A stretch of DNA of 64,000 nt from Mizuhopecten yessoensis (Eukaryota): positions 1,005,537 to 1,069,536 of the forward strand of contig NW_018408567.1 in NCBI RefSeq assembly GCF_002113885.1. Direction: 5' to 3'. This document shows positions 22,401 through 37,400 of this stretch, one piece after another. The first letter of the stretch is position 1, and each line of letters begins with the position of its first letter. Both the position numbers and the translations under genes were made by a program. Below the pieces are notes generated by a model that was not told the DNA's origin, did not search any database, and saw only the letters and a program-made list of their open reading frames with translations.

Positions 22401-25400
22401 ATTAATATTATCAAATTAAGTGTGAATCATAAAAGAATACCGAAAATGAAAGAAAGTGTTTTGTTTAAAACTGTTGTTCCGTAATCAATAATTCAAAGTT
22501 CATTCAAACTTTAGGAATGACCAAAGCACAGGAGCTGGAGGCAGTCATAAGCCACATGGAAATAGAGAAAGCCCGGCAGACGAAACAAGTGTCCGACCTT
22601 CAGCGAGATCTTGCTGACAAAGACGCTCATGTAACATCAATGGAGGGCCGTGTTAACCACCACAATGTCCAGCTGATCGACCTTCAGGAACAAATCAACG
22701 AAAAGTGTACAGTCACCACCAACATAGAGCGGGAGGTATCAACACAAATTAATTTTATATTTTCAAACTGAGTTAATTTTATGCACTGAATTTCTTAGCA
22801 GTTTTCTGGTAAGGTTTAACCGTGTACTTTTGCTTCAGAACTGATGAAGCAGTTGTTCTTCGAATAGTTTAATCCTTGAGTCCTGCTTGCCCTATGGGAC
22901 TTACCAACTTTTTTAGAACCTCCCTCCTATTCCTTTTAGCAACAGGATCATCATTGTTTTGAAAAAGATGTTCAGGAATCACCTGAAAAAAATCTACAAT
23001 AATCACTATTAAAGACTTTGTAAATTAAAGTACCTTATAAAATCACTAGAGGATGTAAGCCATACATTTTCAATAGAATTTGGGGTTAAAGTTTAAACAT
23101 TTAACTTGTTTCGTCATTGATATATGAATCGCTACAGCTGCCTTCTTGGACGTTCATAAACATATGAATTGTCACTAGGTTATTGATCCTGTAGCCTTTT
23201 AACAGCTTTTCTAAAGGTCAATGTTATCATTACAGTCAAACCTCTATTAAGAGACTGCCCCGAGGAAGTAAAAAAACAACTGTCTTTATATAATTAACAC
23301 AGGTTGTTTCTTAATATAGGTTCAGTTCACAATGAAATTACTTCAAATTGGGAACATAAAAAGTGGTCTCTTAACACAGGTGGTTTCTTAATACAGGTGA
23401 CCACATGAGCAGGTTTGACTGAGAGTTTAGACAGCATCTTTCATATTTCATGATGTTCAGTCTTCTAAAAGACCCCATGTATATTGTGTACAGGTAGAGG
23501 ATTAAATATCCTATTTTCGTGTTTTATCTCCACAGCTTCGAAAGAAGACTTCCCAGATGGCAAGTTTGGAAGAACAGCTAGATGAAAAGACTTCTGCTTT
23601 GTCCGGGACAGTGGGCAAACTTCGGGAGTTGGAGGAGGATTGTCGGGAATACCAGGAAGAAGCAAGCAAATTGAGGACGGAACTTCATGGAAAGAAAGAG
23701 TCACTTCATCAAACCTCAAGTCTGGCCGAACAGAACCAGCAGATTCACCGTGAACAGTGTCGAGACTATGAAAAACAGATTGACATGGTGAGACATTTAA
23801 ATCACAGCATTGTCAATTGATTCTATAGCCGGTGAAGTTTTAAAGTTTACAGTCAGAGATATGAAAAAAGAGGAAATTACCAAACCACCCTTGTCTTGCA
23901 AGCACTGAAAATTTGTATCCCATGATATTGAACATATCATATGTTCAAAGCTATGTAATAACAACATCGCTCGAACATATGAAACAGTGGGATGTCACAA
24001 GAGGCAATCCAATGACACAAATTTGTAGCAAAGGTGGTCACAGGTGTTTTTCTCTATTTTGAATTTTCTGTTCAAACTTTCAACAATATTTGTTCACCTA
24101 GATCAGTTTGTGATGCATGCAATGAAAATAATTCCTGAATTCCCCCCATTGATACAAAACATACAAAATAGCAGAAATACGTATCAAGACTACAGTACAT
24201 GTTTGTATTGTCCCATGATATATTTTAATTAGTTTGTATACAAGTATCAAGACTAGAGATTTATATGGTTCAACAACAAGTTTCTATTGCATATAAATAT
24301 ACATGTTTTTAAACTAAAGATTTTGATAGTCCAAAAACAAGGTTCTACTGTAAAAACATTTGTCTCTAGATTTGTAAAGTTCCTTTACAAAGTTCTTCGC
24401 TATATACACGTATCTGGATTTAATATTTGTATTGGTCTATGACATGGTTCTACTGTATCTATTCACGTATCAAAACTGCACTGAGTTTTAGACTGATAGG
24501 TAATACTTATTTATCAAATAAAGTGTTACTTTCAAAATGTTAATTAATAAATATTGACCTTGATGATGATAGCTGACCCAGAAGCTGGAGAAGAAGACAA
24601 ATCGCCTTGAGGAGCTAGAGTCACAGTTAGGGTTGCTGAGGCGGGAGACGAAGGAGAAAACACAACACATACAGCAGGTGGAGGAACTCCTCAGACAGAA
24701 CCGACAGGTGAGGCAACAAAAACAGGGAATCCCGACAGTTTGATAGTTCTGTTTCACAAGATAATATTAGGGAATGCATATTTATAACTGCCAATGAAGT
24801 TTGAACCAAAATGAAAATTCACCTGTTTTTCCGCCACAGGAACTTGATGCGAAGACGAGACAGAGCCAGCGAACGCTGCAGCAATTAGAGCTACAGGCAA
24901 ATGAGGGGACAAGTCAGATCAGAGATCTTGAGTCTGCACTTCTGATGTGTAAGGAAGAAGTAAAAACATACATTGAGGCCCTGGAGGATTCCAAGGAACG
25001 TTTTGACAAAGAGCTCCAGTACAAGGATGAAAAGGTAGAATTTCTTATTGTCCAGGTTCAAATAAATGTTTGGTTTTAAAAGTTAGCAAAATTCCTATTG
25101 TGAAGTTGAGAGGAAGGAAATCATTTTATTACCGAATGCATCATTATTAAAGAAAATTGTGTATGATTTTATTGTCGTACTAATGTTAATGTTTTTGTAT
25201 ACCATGCATCTATATTAGCTGTCTAGAAAAAACAGCTTGCAAAGCCATCACTTGGGAATAGATGACTTCTAAAAAGGACACTGTAATATAAGGAATAACA
25301 TTGTGGAGGTCACACATACAGATATACCATGTGTAACCTTTGTCATACACTTTCACTATTGTCTAGTGTATTATTGTAACCATCAGTGGGGATTGAAGAT

Positions 25401-28400
25401 ATGAAATTTTGCTATATTTAAGAACAAGAATAAAATCATATTATTCAAGAAATTCTCTTTACTGATGAAAATTTTGTCTTGCTTTTTGTGAACAGATAGT
25501 TGAGTTAGATCAGAAGTTGAGACAGACACACAGAGACTTGGAGGTGAAGCTGAGACAAAACACAGATCTAGAGAAGACACTGTTTGAGCACCAGACCATG
25601 TTACAGCAGAGTACCACGAGGATGTCAGACCTAGAGGACACACAGATCGAGCTCAACAGACAGGTATACCCTTATATCTAAATATAGAACTCAACAGGCA
25701 TGTATACCTTTATATCATAGAACTCAACAGACAGGTATACCCCTATATATAAATATAGAACTCAACAGACACATATACCCTGATATCTAAATATAGAACT
25801 CAATAGACAGGTATACCGTTATATCATAGAACTCAACAGACAGGTATACCCTTACATCTTAATATAGAACTCAACAGGCAGGTATACCCTTATATCATAG
25901 AACTCAACAGACAGGTATACCCTTATATCTAAATATAAAACTCAACAGACAGGTAGAGGACACACAGATAGAACTCGACAGACAGGTATACACTTATATC
26001 TTAATATAGAACTCAACATACACATATACCCTGATATCTAAATATAGAACTCAACAGACAGGTATACCCTTATATCTACAGATAAAACTCAACAGACACT
26101 TATATCTGAATATACCCTTATATCTAAATATAGAACTCAACAGACACATATACCCTGATATCTAAATATAGAACTCAACAGACAGGTATTCCCTTATATC
26201 TACAGATAAAACTTAACAGACACATATACCCTGATATCTAAATATAGAACTCAACAGACAGGTATACCCTTATATCTACAGATTAAACTCAGCAGACACC
26301 CATACCCTGATATCTACAGATAGACTGAATTGCATGATCTCTGACCTACCGTTACATCAGATTGCTCCATCACAGATCTACTTCCATGCCCTCTCATTTA
26401 CAAGTAAACCTATGTACAGGTATGCCTTATCATCTACAAATATACTTGTTTGTCCTCTCACCTTCGGGTTAACATTTTTACATGTCACCTGTTGAATTGA
26501 TAGACTGATATAACTTTCCAGGTGTGAAGAATTTAGAAGGAGTTGTTTGTAATTGACGCCACTGAATGTGTTTCAGATTTCCCAGATAGAACATCAGATG
26601 TTAGAGGACAAAGCCCGCTACATGACAGAAACACAATCGCTGGAGAAAAAACTTACACAGACTTGTAAGCGAATCGAGGAACAAACAGGGGAGATCACTC
26701 AGCTACAACAAACTATCAAGTAAGGTTTGATCAAATACAGTAGTTGAAGGGAATCTAACACAAGTGTTTCTTGGGATGAATTAACACAAGTGTTTCTTGG
26801 GATGAATTTAGCCGATCTCTCAATTTCTGAGAGTTTCTTCTATAGCATTACCTACTGCCATTCAGCTTCAATTCTTTTTTTAATACAATTTTTAAGAACA
26901 GTTAGGCCTAGAGTCATGATATATATGCCTTGTATCTTGCTCAGGTGAAGAGCAATCACATCTGGTGAAATTAATAACTTTGACATATTTACAGAAGTCA
27001 AAAGTGAAAACAGCTTTTAATATCCTTTTCTAGTCACCATGAGACCTAGAGTAATGATATTTGACCTGCAGCTAATTGCTGGATTAATGAACTACTACAC
27101 TATCAAATTTGTTCAAATAAATGACCTTGACCTATGCTCAAAGGAGTCAGATCTCCTGAAACTTTCAAATGACCTTGAGTGAACCATGAAGCTTAATTAC
27201 AGTCATGCTATTTGACCTGATGCTTACTGAGACGAAGGGTTATCATTCTTGTTCATATTCAAAGTCATCGGGGTTAATTGTGTTCAAATCTTCAAATAAG
27301 TACTGCACTAGTATTGCTTTTTTGTCCATTAAAGTTTGAGGTAACGAGTCACTGAATATTCTAATGAGAGGTGTATGTAAAACATAGGTAACTTTATATA
27401 CAAATACACATAATTTACATTTAATTTTTCTGTATTTTTTGTGTGTTTTTTTTTATCCAGAGAGATGAGAATGCTAATTTATCAACATTGATTTCAGAGG
27501 GTATGAGGAGGAAAAACTACACCTCAATACTGACATACGCACGTTGGAGAACCAGATTCAGGACGAACAAACCAGCAGTGACAGCAAGACTTACCGTGTG
27601 ACTAAACTGGAGAAGGACGTCCGGGATCTCAGGGTGGAGTTAGAGAAGAAAATAGAAATAAGTAAGTCTTCTCCTTTCTTCTGTTAAAGCTGTAGTCATT
27701 TGTTTTGGCATATGTGAATGGAAGGCACGGTAATCTAGTGGTAGCACGCCGCACTCGTGACTGAAGGGTTGCGGGTTTGAGTCACGGCACTGTGTTGTAT
27801 CTTTGACCAAGATACTTTACTCCGCTTGTTCAAGTCTAGTCAGCTGTAAATAAGTATGTGGTTGGGCAGTGCTAGAATCGTAGAATGCTAGCTGTGAGCA
27901 CCGAAATAGCAGCACCGGTTATATGCTCCCCAGGGAGCTGAGAAAGATATTGGCTGGTTGCAAAGGCCCTATAACCACGGATAGTAATTTGTGAACCGCT
28001 TTGAGACGACCTACGAACTACGTTGTGATAAAGCGGTATATAAGAACCTCAAATTATTTTTATTATAATCAAAAATAATTTATATAATACAGCAAAAAAA
28101 ATGGAAAGAAATTTTAGGATAAATGTAAAAAATTGTAATTGATTTAAGTCTTTTAACTATTGATAACCTTTCCAACATTTCTTGAAATGTTTTTGAAAAT
28201 TCTTTCGACAAGTAATTTTTTTCTTTTCATCTCTCATTCTACAACAGTTAACGATTTTGAGGACCAGATACAACAGAGAGAGGAAGACATACAACAACAG
28301 ATGCAACTGGTGGGTGAACTTGATGCTGAAATCAAGCGACTACAGGTAATGTGGGAGAACTTTTCTGTCCAATCAGGCTGTAACAAGTTACATAGTGGCA

Positions 28401-31400
28401 GGTTTGTAGAAACTGAAGTTCTATAATTATGATCAGCATAGGTTCAGGCTCATTTATTTTTTTATTTTACAGTGTTGTACATATCATGGCAAACTTTTGT
28501 GGTCATTTTATTTCACAATATAAAATTCTACTCTTAGCTTTATTGTTCTTTGTAAATAAGTGAATGAATGTGTTATAACTATATTAAACATAAAAATAAA
28601 TTAACTGCAAAATATAACTTGTAAGCAGTATATATAACTACTACACAGTAAATATAACCTATATATAACTACTACACAGTAAATATAACCTGTAAGCAGT
28701 ATATATAACTACTACACAGTAAATATAACTACTACAGAGTAAGTTTAATGGAAGACCTTCCCATCTGCCTGATGTGATATTAAAGATCCAGAGAGACTGT
28801 CACATTTGCCTGATTGAAGACTCAATCTAAGACGAGACTTGCTGTTCTATACAGGTTTCCTCAGAGCAGGACCAGATCCGTGCCTCTGATGCCGAGGCAC
28901 AGTTACAGAAAACTTTGTACGAACTCAAAGCCAAGCAGGAGATGATGGAGGATATGAAGGAGGCCCACAGGAAAACACAGGAGGAACTTAACGATCGCAA
29001 ACGAGAAGTAGGGGAGTTGAGCCATGCCCTTCAGGACCGCCAAGCTGAGCTGCAACACCGCATACAGCAGGTTAGTGAGTGCTACAGCAAGTAAGTAAGT
29101 GGGGGCTACAACAGTAATATAAGGCTATGAGTTTGAGAAACTGTATTTGTACATAATCTCTAACCCTCTTAACCCTTTCACCACTGTAGACCATAATCGA
29201 CACATCAGTGCATGGTAGAGTCTACTAAAGTTACATAGGGTGAAAGGGTTTATGATGAAGTTGATATCACTGTTAATTCTACAGGTAACACAGCTGAACC
29301 AGAACATCAAGGAGCTCCACAGCGAGATGGAACAGCGGATACAGCGGCTGGACAGCCAGCTCATCAAGTACGAGAGTGAGATCAAGGAACGCACCATACA
29401 GGTACTTGCTACCATGCATTTATACAGGTGTGGAAACAACTGCTAGTCAAAAGAAACATAACTTTTTCACCACTAAACAGGAAATTTTACTGTAGTTACC
29501 CTGTTGTTTACCTACAACTTTCTTTTTGTCTGGACGTCGCTCTACCTTTTTCACATGTTGGTATTTTTGATGGTTTATCTCTATCTAAACTGCAGTTTTC
29601 TTATGGGTTTCTGTTTGTTTAATTGATATGTTACTCACTAGTAAAGATGTATATGTTAGAATCATGATTCTGTCGATAGCAAATGGTACTGTTCGTGTTT
29701 TCAACTGAATTTCTAAATCACGATTATTGTTACTTTTTCGGGGTTAGATTTCTGACCTCGATGACAGATTACAGTTGACCCAGACCAACCTAAAGGAGAA
29801 GGCACTACAGTTCCAGCAGGCCGACCAGCTGTCCCAGCGACAATTCATGGAACTGCAATCTAAAACCAACACACTGGAAGAGCTGCAGAAGGTATGCTCA
29901 GCCTTGTACCTGTACTGTACTCATACTTGTCTCATAAACAGTATATATGTGTCTCATGAATAGTATATGTGTCTCCTAATGACCAAAAATACTTTTGTTA
30001 CTGAGTTTTTGGTTATGAAGTGGAATTTTCAAGCACTTGCAGTACTTTCCTAGTGGCTAATATAGTTGGTTTAGACCTCTGATACCACACAGGTCTACTT
30101 GGCCATTGTCAAGGTCACTTGAAACTTCATAAATGTAATGTATATCACATCACGTTACCTGCAAACTGAACTGCTCAATGGGAGTAAGGCTTTGTACGCT
30201 CTCAATTGTTGAATTGTTTTAATTCTGAAGTAATCTTTGGGTGAGGCTATTGAGCATTGATGATCTACTAGTGATAAACCATTTTTGTGTCAAAAGCCAT
30301 CTATACCATCTAGTGCTATAAAACAAAAATACTTTGTAAAATAACCGTCCCCATTGTAAGCTGATGCTAATGCCTATGACATAAAAAGTGGTGTTTTCCT
30401 TTCCTATGTACAGACAGTGGAGCGACAGAAGCTGCGATTGGAGGAACAGAAAGAGGAGAATGTGGAAATCACACAAGAGCTCAGACTTACCAGGTATGTC
30501 CAACAGGTTGTCCAACAGGTAAACACAGCAGGTAGGTATAAGTCATAACACAGCAGGTAGGTATAAGTCATAACACAGCAGGTAGGTATAAGTCATAACA
30601 CAGCAAGTAGGTATAAGTCATAACACAACAGATAGGCATAAGTCATAACACAACAAGTAGGTATAAGTCATAACACAGCAGGAAGGTATAAGTCATAACA
30701 CAACAGCTAGGAATAAGTCATAACACAACAAGAAGGTATAAGTCATAACACAACAAGAAGGTATAAGTCATAACACAGTGGGTAGGTATAAGTCATAACA
30801 AAACAAGTAGGTATAAGTCATAACATAGCAGCTAGGCATAAGTCATAACATAGCAGGTAGGCATAAGTCATAACACAACAGGTAGGTATAAGTCATAACA
30901 CAGCAGGTAGGCATAAGTCATAACATAGCAGGTAGGCATAAGTCATAACATAGCAAGTAGGTATAAGTCATAACATAGCAAGTAGGTATAAGTCATGAAT
31001 GAAGTATGTCTTAGGGAGTCCTTTAAACTGCTGATAAAACATGTTGGACCTTTCCTCACTGAAATTACAACACTTTGTGTGAAACATGATCTGTCACATT
31101 TCTAATAAACGAGATCTGCCTTTTCTGGCTATTTTATTGTTCATTTGTTCAAGTGTTCTAGTTTTGATTGATTAAATAGCATCTTCACCTTCGTACAATC
31201 AATGACTTGTATTCTTGGTTTTTATCGCAGAGAGCAGCTTCAGCAGCAGCATGCTGAGTTTTTGTCAACACGGAGACAGTTGTCGCAGACATCAAGAGAA
31301 AATGAACGTTTAACTCGAGAATTGGAGGAGGAAATGGCTCAGCATCAGGTCTGTTTGTCAACCTTTCTTTTTCCTGTTCTCGTTTATGGAGTAGTACAGT

Positions 31401-34400
31401 GTTTGATCAACTGTAACAGCTTTTCAAATTTTCTTATTTTGTCAAATGTCTATTTCCCTAAGCCTTTGTTCACAGCTTTGGAATCTTAACATATTCACCC
31501 CTAAAGTCACATTTGAACCTTACCAAATCAAAGACTGAGCAAGCCCAGTTTCAATATGTAGGGGTGAATGAGTTGAGTAATCTTATAAGAGATGAAAATG
31601 GATAGTAGGATTTTTTTGTAATGACAGAAATTTTTGCACTTTTATTCTGAAACTGAGTTTGCATATTTGTGAAGTTTTAACATCATATGCCAGATGTTTA
31701 TTTTACCTGGTAGAGTTACATCCCTGTTATGCATATAAGTGCCTTACATTGGGTACATACACAGGTCAATATAGTGTTAGTCATATATTGACGCTATAAT
31801 TATTAACTGGGTTTGTGATGTGAGAGGATTATCAAGAGATGAATCGAAACAACTTCACTCTTCAACTTCTCATTTTATTCCCGGAAACAGGAGGTCAATC
31901 AACAAAACATAGAAACAAGATACGGAGACGGAATACCATAATACACAAAAACGGTTAATTCCGGATATTCTATTGATGGTTATAATATGATATATACCAT
32001 ATATATAACAATTAGATTTAAAGGAAAACAATTGTATGTACCTGATGTTTATAATATATAATATGAAAAGTTCTGTCTTTCGCTTACCTTGTATCGAATC
32101 ACACAAATTCATAGTTTTGAATATTGAAAAATAAATTCAGAAGGCTTGGTAAAATTTCTCAAATTGTGTAGATTTATTCTAAAATAGTACCCTATATCCT
32201 TGTTTGAACTGAGTAGTTGAGTAGATACAGCAAATACAATCTGTCTTGTTCCCTAATGGCCTTTGATATACTTCTAGAAAGTTCCAAATCAAGTTACACC
32301 TTAGATGTGTTTGGAATGTATATTTGTACAAAGTCTTATATAGCACTCTGTTACAGAGCAAGGAAAACAATACAGCACGTCTGGCAGAAGAGCTCGGGGC
32401 CAGCAAGGCACGCGAGGCTAAGGCAGAGGCTAGGGTCACGTCGGAGGTCATCAATCTGAGGGAGGAGCTAGCACAGACTACAGAAACATATGAAGAGCAG
32501 GTAATTATACATGTTTGTAAAGAAATGCAACTCTTAATGATAATACCTGATAATAACGGATAAAGTTGTAACTAAGCTATGCATATCACTGTGTCATCCC
32601 TAGCTGCTTTAATTTGTTGCTGTGTACAAGTCCCATCGATATGTACAAGTCCCATCAATAATCTAAATGTATCATCAATCAGGAAAAAAAGAGATTGTCA
32701 TGCAAGTTAGATCAGAAAAAGTCTGAATGTTTAGTTATTCATATATAGTGTAAATTGCCAAGATAATATCTTGCCCTCCATGGGGAAAATTTGCTATCCA
32801 TATACCGTAGAGAGTAATTTCACCCAAGATTTAATTCCACCCTTCATAGGGAAAACACTATGAATATTATCCTGTGCCACTTTTGTTTATTACATTCCAA
32901 TTATAGTTGGACTACAGTGTTCTCCCCAGAATGCTTAGAAAGAAGCATGGTATTTCAATATTTCTGTTAAAGCAGCACTCTGTGTAAAATCAAAGCAGCA
33001 TGGTAACTTTAGATTTACTATGAATATATAGCAGAGAAGATCTAGGATAACAGCATGGCAAGACATTTTAGGAGCATGGTGCCATGCTGCAAAAACAGCC
33101 TGGGGAGAACACTGGACTAGTTGCATCAGAATTGTTTGTATATGAAATAGCAGTGGACCTAGTGATTTCATGTTATTTTGGGCCGAGCCTTGGCAAAGAC
33201 TTTCAAGACCTGCATAAACATTTCTAAAACCATCAGGTTTTATCCCTGAAATCATACATTTCAAAAATAGAGGAACTGTTTGGTCTCCAAGAAAGAACAG
33301 GCCCCTGGTATGCTGTCATTAATATTGGGTGCATGATGAATTTGCCCTCGCTAAGAAAGTTAAATTATGGTGAGCGTTTCCTGGTAAACACTATGTAGTG
33401 ACTTTAAAGGTTACTTTCAACATACAAAATTATCTCAGAACATGATTTTGATTTTGATGTTTTTGTGGTCTGTGTACTGTTTTGATCCACAATGTACTGA
33501 CAATCACACATACTGGATATAATAATACTGCTACTATACTACATACAATTATTCTGCTACTATACTACTTACAATTATTCTGCTACTATACCACATACAA
33601 TTATTCTGCTACTATACCACATACAATTATTCTCCTACTATACTACATACAATTATTCTACTACTATATAATACATACAATAATTCTACTACTATACTAC
33701 ATACAATTATTCTGCTACTATACCACATACAATTATTCTACTACTTTACTACATACAATTATTCTACTACTATACTACTTACAATTATTCTGCTACTATA
33801 CCACATACAATTATTCTCCTACTATACTACATACAATTATTCTACTACTATATAATACATGCAATAATTCTACTACTATACTACATACAATTATTCTACT
33901 ACTATACTACATACAATTATCCTGCTACTATACTACATACAAGTATTCTGCTACTATACTAAATACAATAAATCTGCTACTATACTACATACAACTATTC
34001 TACTACTATACTACATACAATTATTCTGCTACTCTACTACATACAATTATTCTACTACTATACTACATACAATTATTCTGCTACTATACCACATACAATT
34101 ATTCTGCTACTATACTAAATACAATTATCCTGCTACTACTACATACAAGTATTCTGCTACTATACTACATACAATTATTCTACTACTATACTACTTACAA
34201 TTATTCTGCTACTATACTACATACAATTATTCTACTACTATACTACATACAATTATTCTGCTACTATACCACATACAATTATTTTGCTACTATACTACAA
34301 ACAATTATTCTACTACTATACTACATACAATTATTCTGCTACTATACCACATACAATTATTCTGCTACTATACCACATACAATTATTCTGCTACTATACT

Positions 34401-37400
34401 ACATACAATTATCCTGCTACTATACTTCATACAATTATTCTACTACTATACTACATGTACATACAATTATTCTGCTACTATACTACATACAATTATTCTG
34501 CTACTATACCACATACAATTATTTTGCTACTATACTACAAACAATTATTCTACTACTATACTACATACAATTATTCTGCTACTATACTACATACAATAAA
34601 TCTGCTACTATACTACATACAAGTATTCTACTACTATACTATATGCACTTTATCTGCAACATATGGCATGCTGTTATTTCCTTACACACATTTTATCCAC
34701 AATTTTACTATCAAACTCGAACAGATACATGTGATGAAAGAAAAAGCGAAAGATGTATCCTCGGACAAAAAGCAACTGGTCGTAGAACTTGAGGAGAAGG
34801 CGACACAGCTGCAGGACCTAGAGGCTCACTACCAACAGCAGTTTGAGAAGCTTCAAGAGGATCTCATTGTCATCAACCAGGAGATGGCCGCCAAGAAAAA
34901 AATTGTCAATGCTGCAAATGAGTCTCTTATTATTAAGGTAGATATATGGTTTCCATTAAAATGTAGCTCACCAGGCCACTGTGGTCTCGCGACTAGCAGA
35001 AACTTTCATATTATTGTTCATAAAAAATAGAAGCAGATGAGTAATACAGGCCGAGTGGGCTTTTTTAATGCCATGTTCAAAATTTCACAGTACAGTTACT
35101 TTGCTCTGGCAATAAATCTCAGCAGTTTGTGCATAGAATAATTCTTTTTTTTTCCTGGCTATACAAAGTAGCTTTACTTAAATAACATGTAATAAGTGCT
35201 GCCCTGAAAACAGATAATACAAGTAATATTGTAGTTTCATTTTCCCCATAGGATGCTGAGATTGCTCGATTACAAGCCAGAATCTCTGGGATGGAAAGGT
35301 CGCTGGCTGCAGCAAGATCAATAGAGAGTTTCCAAGGTGATAGGGCTAGTTCTGTCTTTCAAAGCTCTGTGATGATGTCAAGCTTTTCAGGGAAGTTAGA
35401 TTCTGAATCAGATGATCCAAATCAGTTGAATGTTTTTCCTCGCTCGTCTGATCAAACCAAACCAAAGCACTCTGATGGTGGAAATTCAGAAGAGTTGGAT
35501 ATCCCTCAACAAGATCAAGTTATGTCTGACCTTGAAGATCCACCAAGGTCAAATCGTATGGAAAAAGTGACTATAACCAATCAAAACCAACATACTAAAA
35601 CTGATGTTGCATCTAATAGCAATGGGCATGGACCTGTAAGAAAGTTAAACTATAACGATTCTAACAGTATTCATCAACTTCCATACAACCAAGGTCAGAG
35701 GTCAAATAACATGCATCAGAGATTCCCACAAGGTCAACCTGTTCCGAGTAGTCAAACACAAGCACCACCTATGAGGAAAGGGAGGCAATCAGATCAATTT
35801 CCTGGAGAATTTGAGAAGGGTATGTTGATGCTTTTTTGAAGGATGTTGATATGTATACAAATTTGATAATTTATTATACATGGTATCCCAAAACAGATGT
35901 GATTGTTCTGTCCATGTTTGCTTTTATCGAACATTGTTTGGGATATTCTTTTAAGACAATGACATTTTGGTGAATTCTGGTACATGATCAATAAACTTTG
36001 ATGATGGATAAAAAGTATTGCATATCTATGTATCATACTTGCTGTAAATAGCCCCCCTGCCCTTATAAGAGCCCTTTTCCTTTTCTGGGAACTTATTGAA
36101 ATGATATAAGCGAGATGAATATACCCTCCGTTCTGACTCTCTGTGGTTCCAAAATATAGTACTAGTTCAAGTGTCCTAGATGCTAATTAAGGTAAAAAGA
36201 CTCAAAAATATAGATTTTCCACAGTTCTGAATGATAGAATGAATTATGATTAAAAATAATATCGTGATGAATTATACCCGAATCTTAACAATCGCCTGTT
36301 GGAGACTAGATTACCGGGTAGTGTCAGGTGATCTTTGACCATTCATTACCTACCTCGCTGTTGTAGAGCCCACTACAGCCATGATGATGTATGGTCAGAG
36401 TCCTGCAGATGACCAGCTCATTATGGATACAGAGTATGGTGACCAGTATTTCAATGACCGTGCTCAAGGTCAGATGGAACCAGAACAATGGTAGGTCAAA
36501 GGTTGCATATATACTGACCCAACATGATCTAATATAAACTTTATTTATTTTACAACAATTATGAAACAAGTTATTTCAACTTATATTAAACACTCTTATT
36601 GGCCCGGATGTTAGCGCTTGGGGGGTCTAAGTGTGGGAGGAAACCAATCATAGGTTGAACTGTTGTCATTTTGACATGCACACACCACAGCTTTTAAGTA
36701 CACATGTGTATGACACACCAAAGTGAGGTTGGCTGTATTCGAGTGGGGCCGTTTTTGTTTATCGCGATCCAAACGGTTGAACTGGTCGGACCAAAGTTGT
36801 TCGTTTATAAAATAAGGTCGGACCTAGTAACCTAATGCTGCCTTCTGGCGAGCCTTGACAAAGCCTTGCAAGGCCTGCATAAATTTTTTCAGATCCGCCA
36901 GGATTTATACCTGAAAAAGTTACTTTTAAAAACTGACATACCAGTTGTTCCGCATAAACAAACAGGCCCTAAGTTAGACCAGAGTCACTTTAGTTGATGA
37001 TCTAACTTGGCCTGTATAAATTCCAAGGTTACTACTGATGTGGAAGGACAGATGCAAGACTTAACTTGAACTAGATGTGAGAGGTCACGGTTCAAAGTCC
37101 GTGTTCCAGCAATTCTTCTATATTTGTCATTCTCTGACTATAACATGAAATATGTGTACCTGTATGTTCAGATAGAAGGATTTAAAAAAAAAATGATAAT
37201 TGAACCAGGTATTTCAATAGTTTCTTTACAGCTTAAATTAAAAGCTAATTTACATCTTTAAAAGATTTGACTAATGTATAATGTTCCATTTCATTGAGAT
37301 ACATTTGTTATAAGCATGAAACTAGTGTGTTTACCATGTAAAATTTTAATTAAGTTCCATTTTCTTATTTCATGTTTGCAGCATGCAAGAACTTCAAGAG

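Noticed and set aside
27461-27497. Upstream acceptor (ttttatccAG at 27460) as the exon 18 start
   Set aside because: Out of frame and meets a TGA. The acceptor at 27497 preserves the frame.
27720-27790. tRNA gene
   Set aside because: No complete cloverleaf, and it continues into a SINE body and tail.
33482-34792. 436-aa ORF and the N-terminal part of the 248-aa ORF
   Set aside because: Translation of a G-poor 26-bp minisatellite that rarely forms stop codons. Only 34725-34937 is a real exon.
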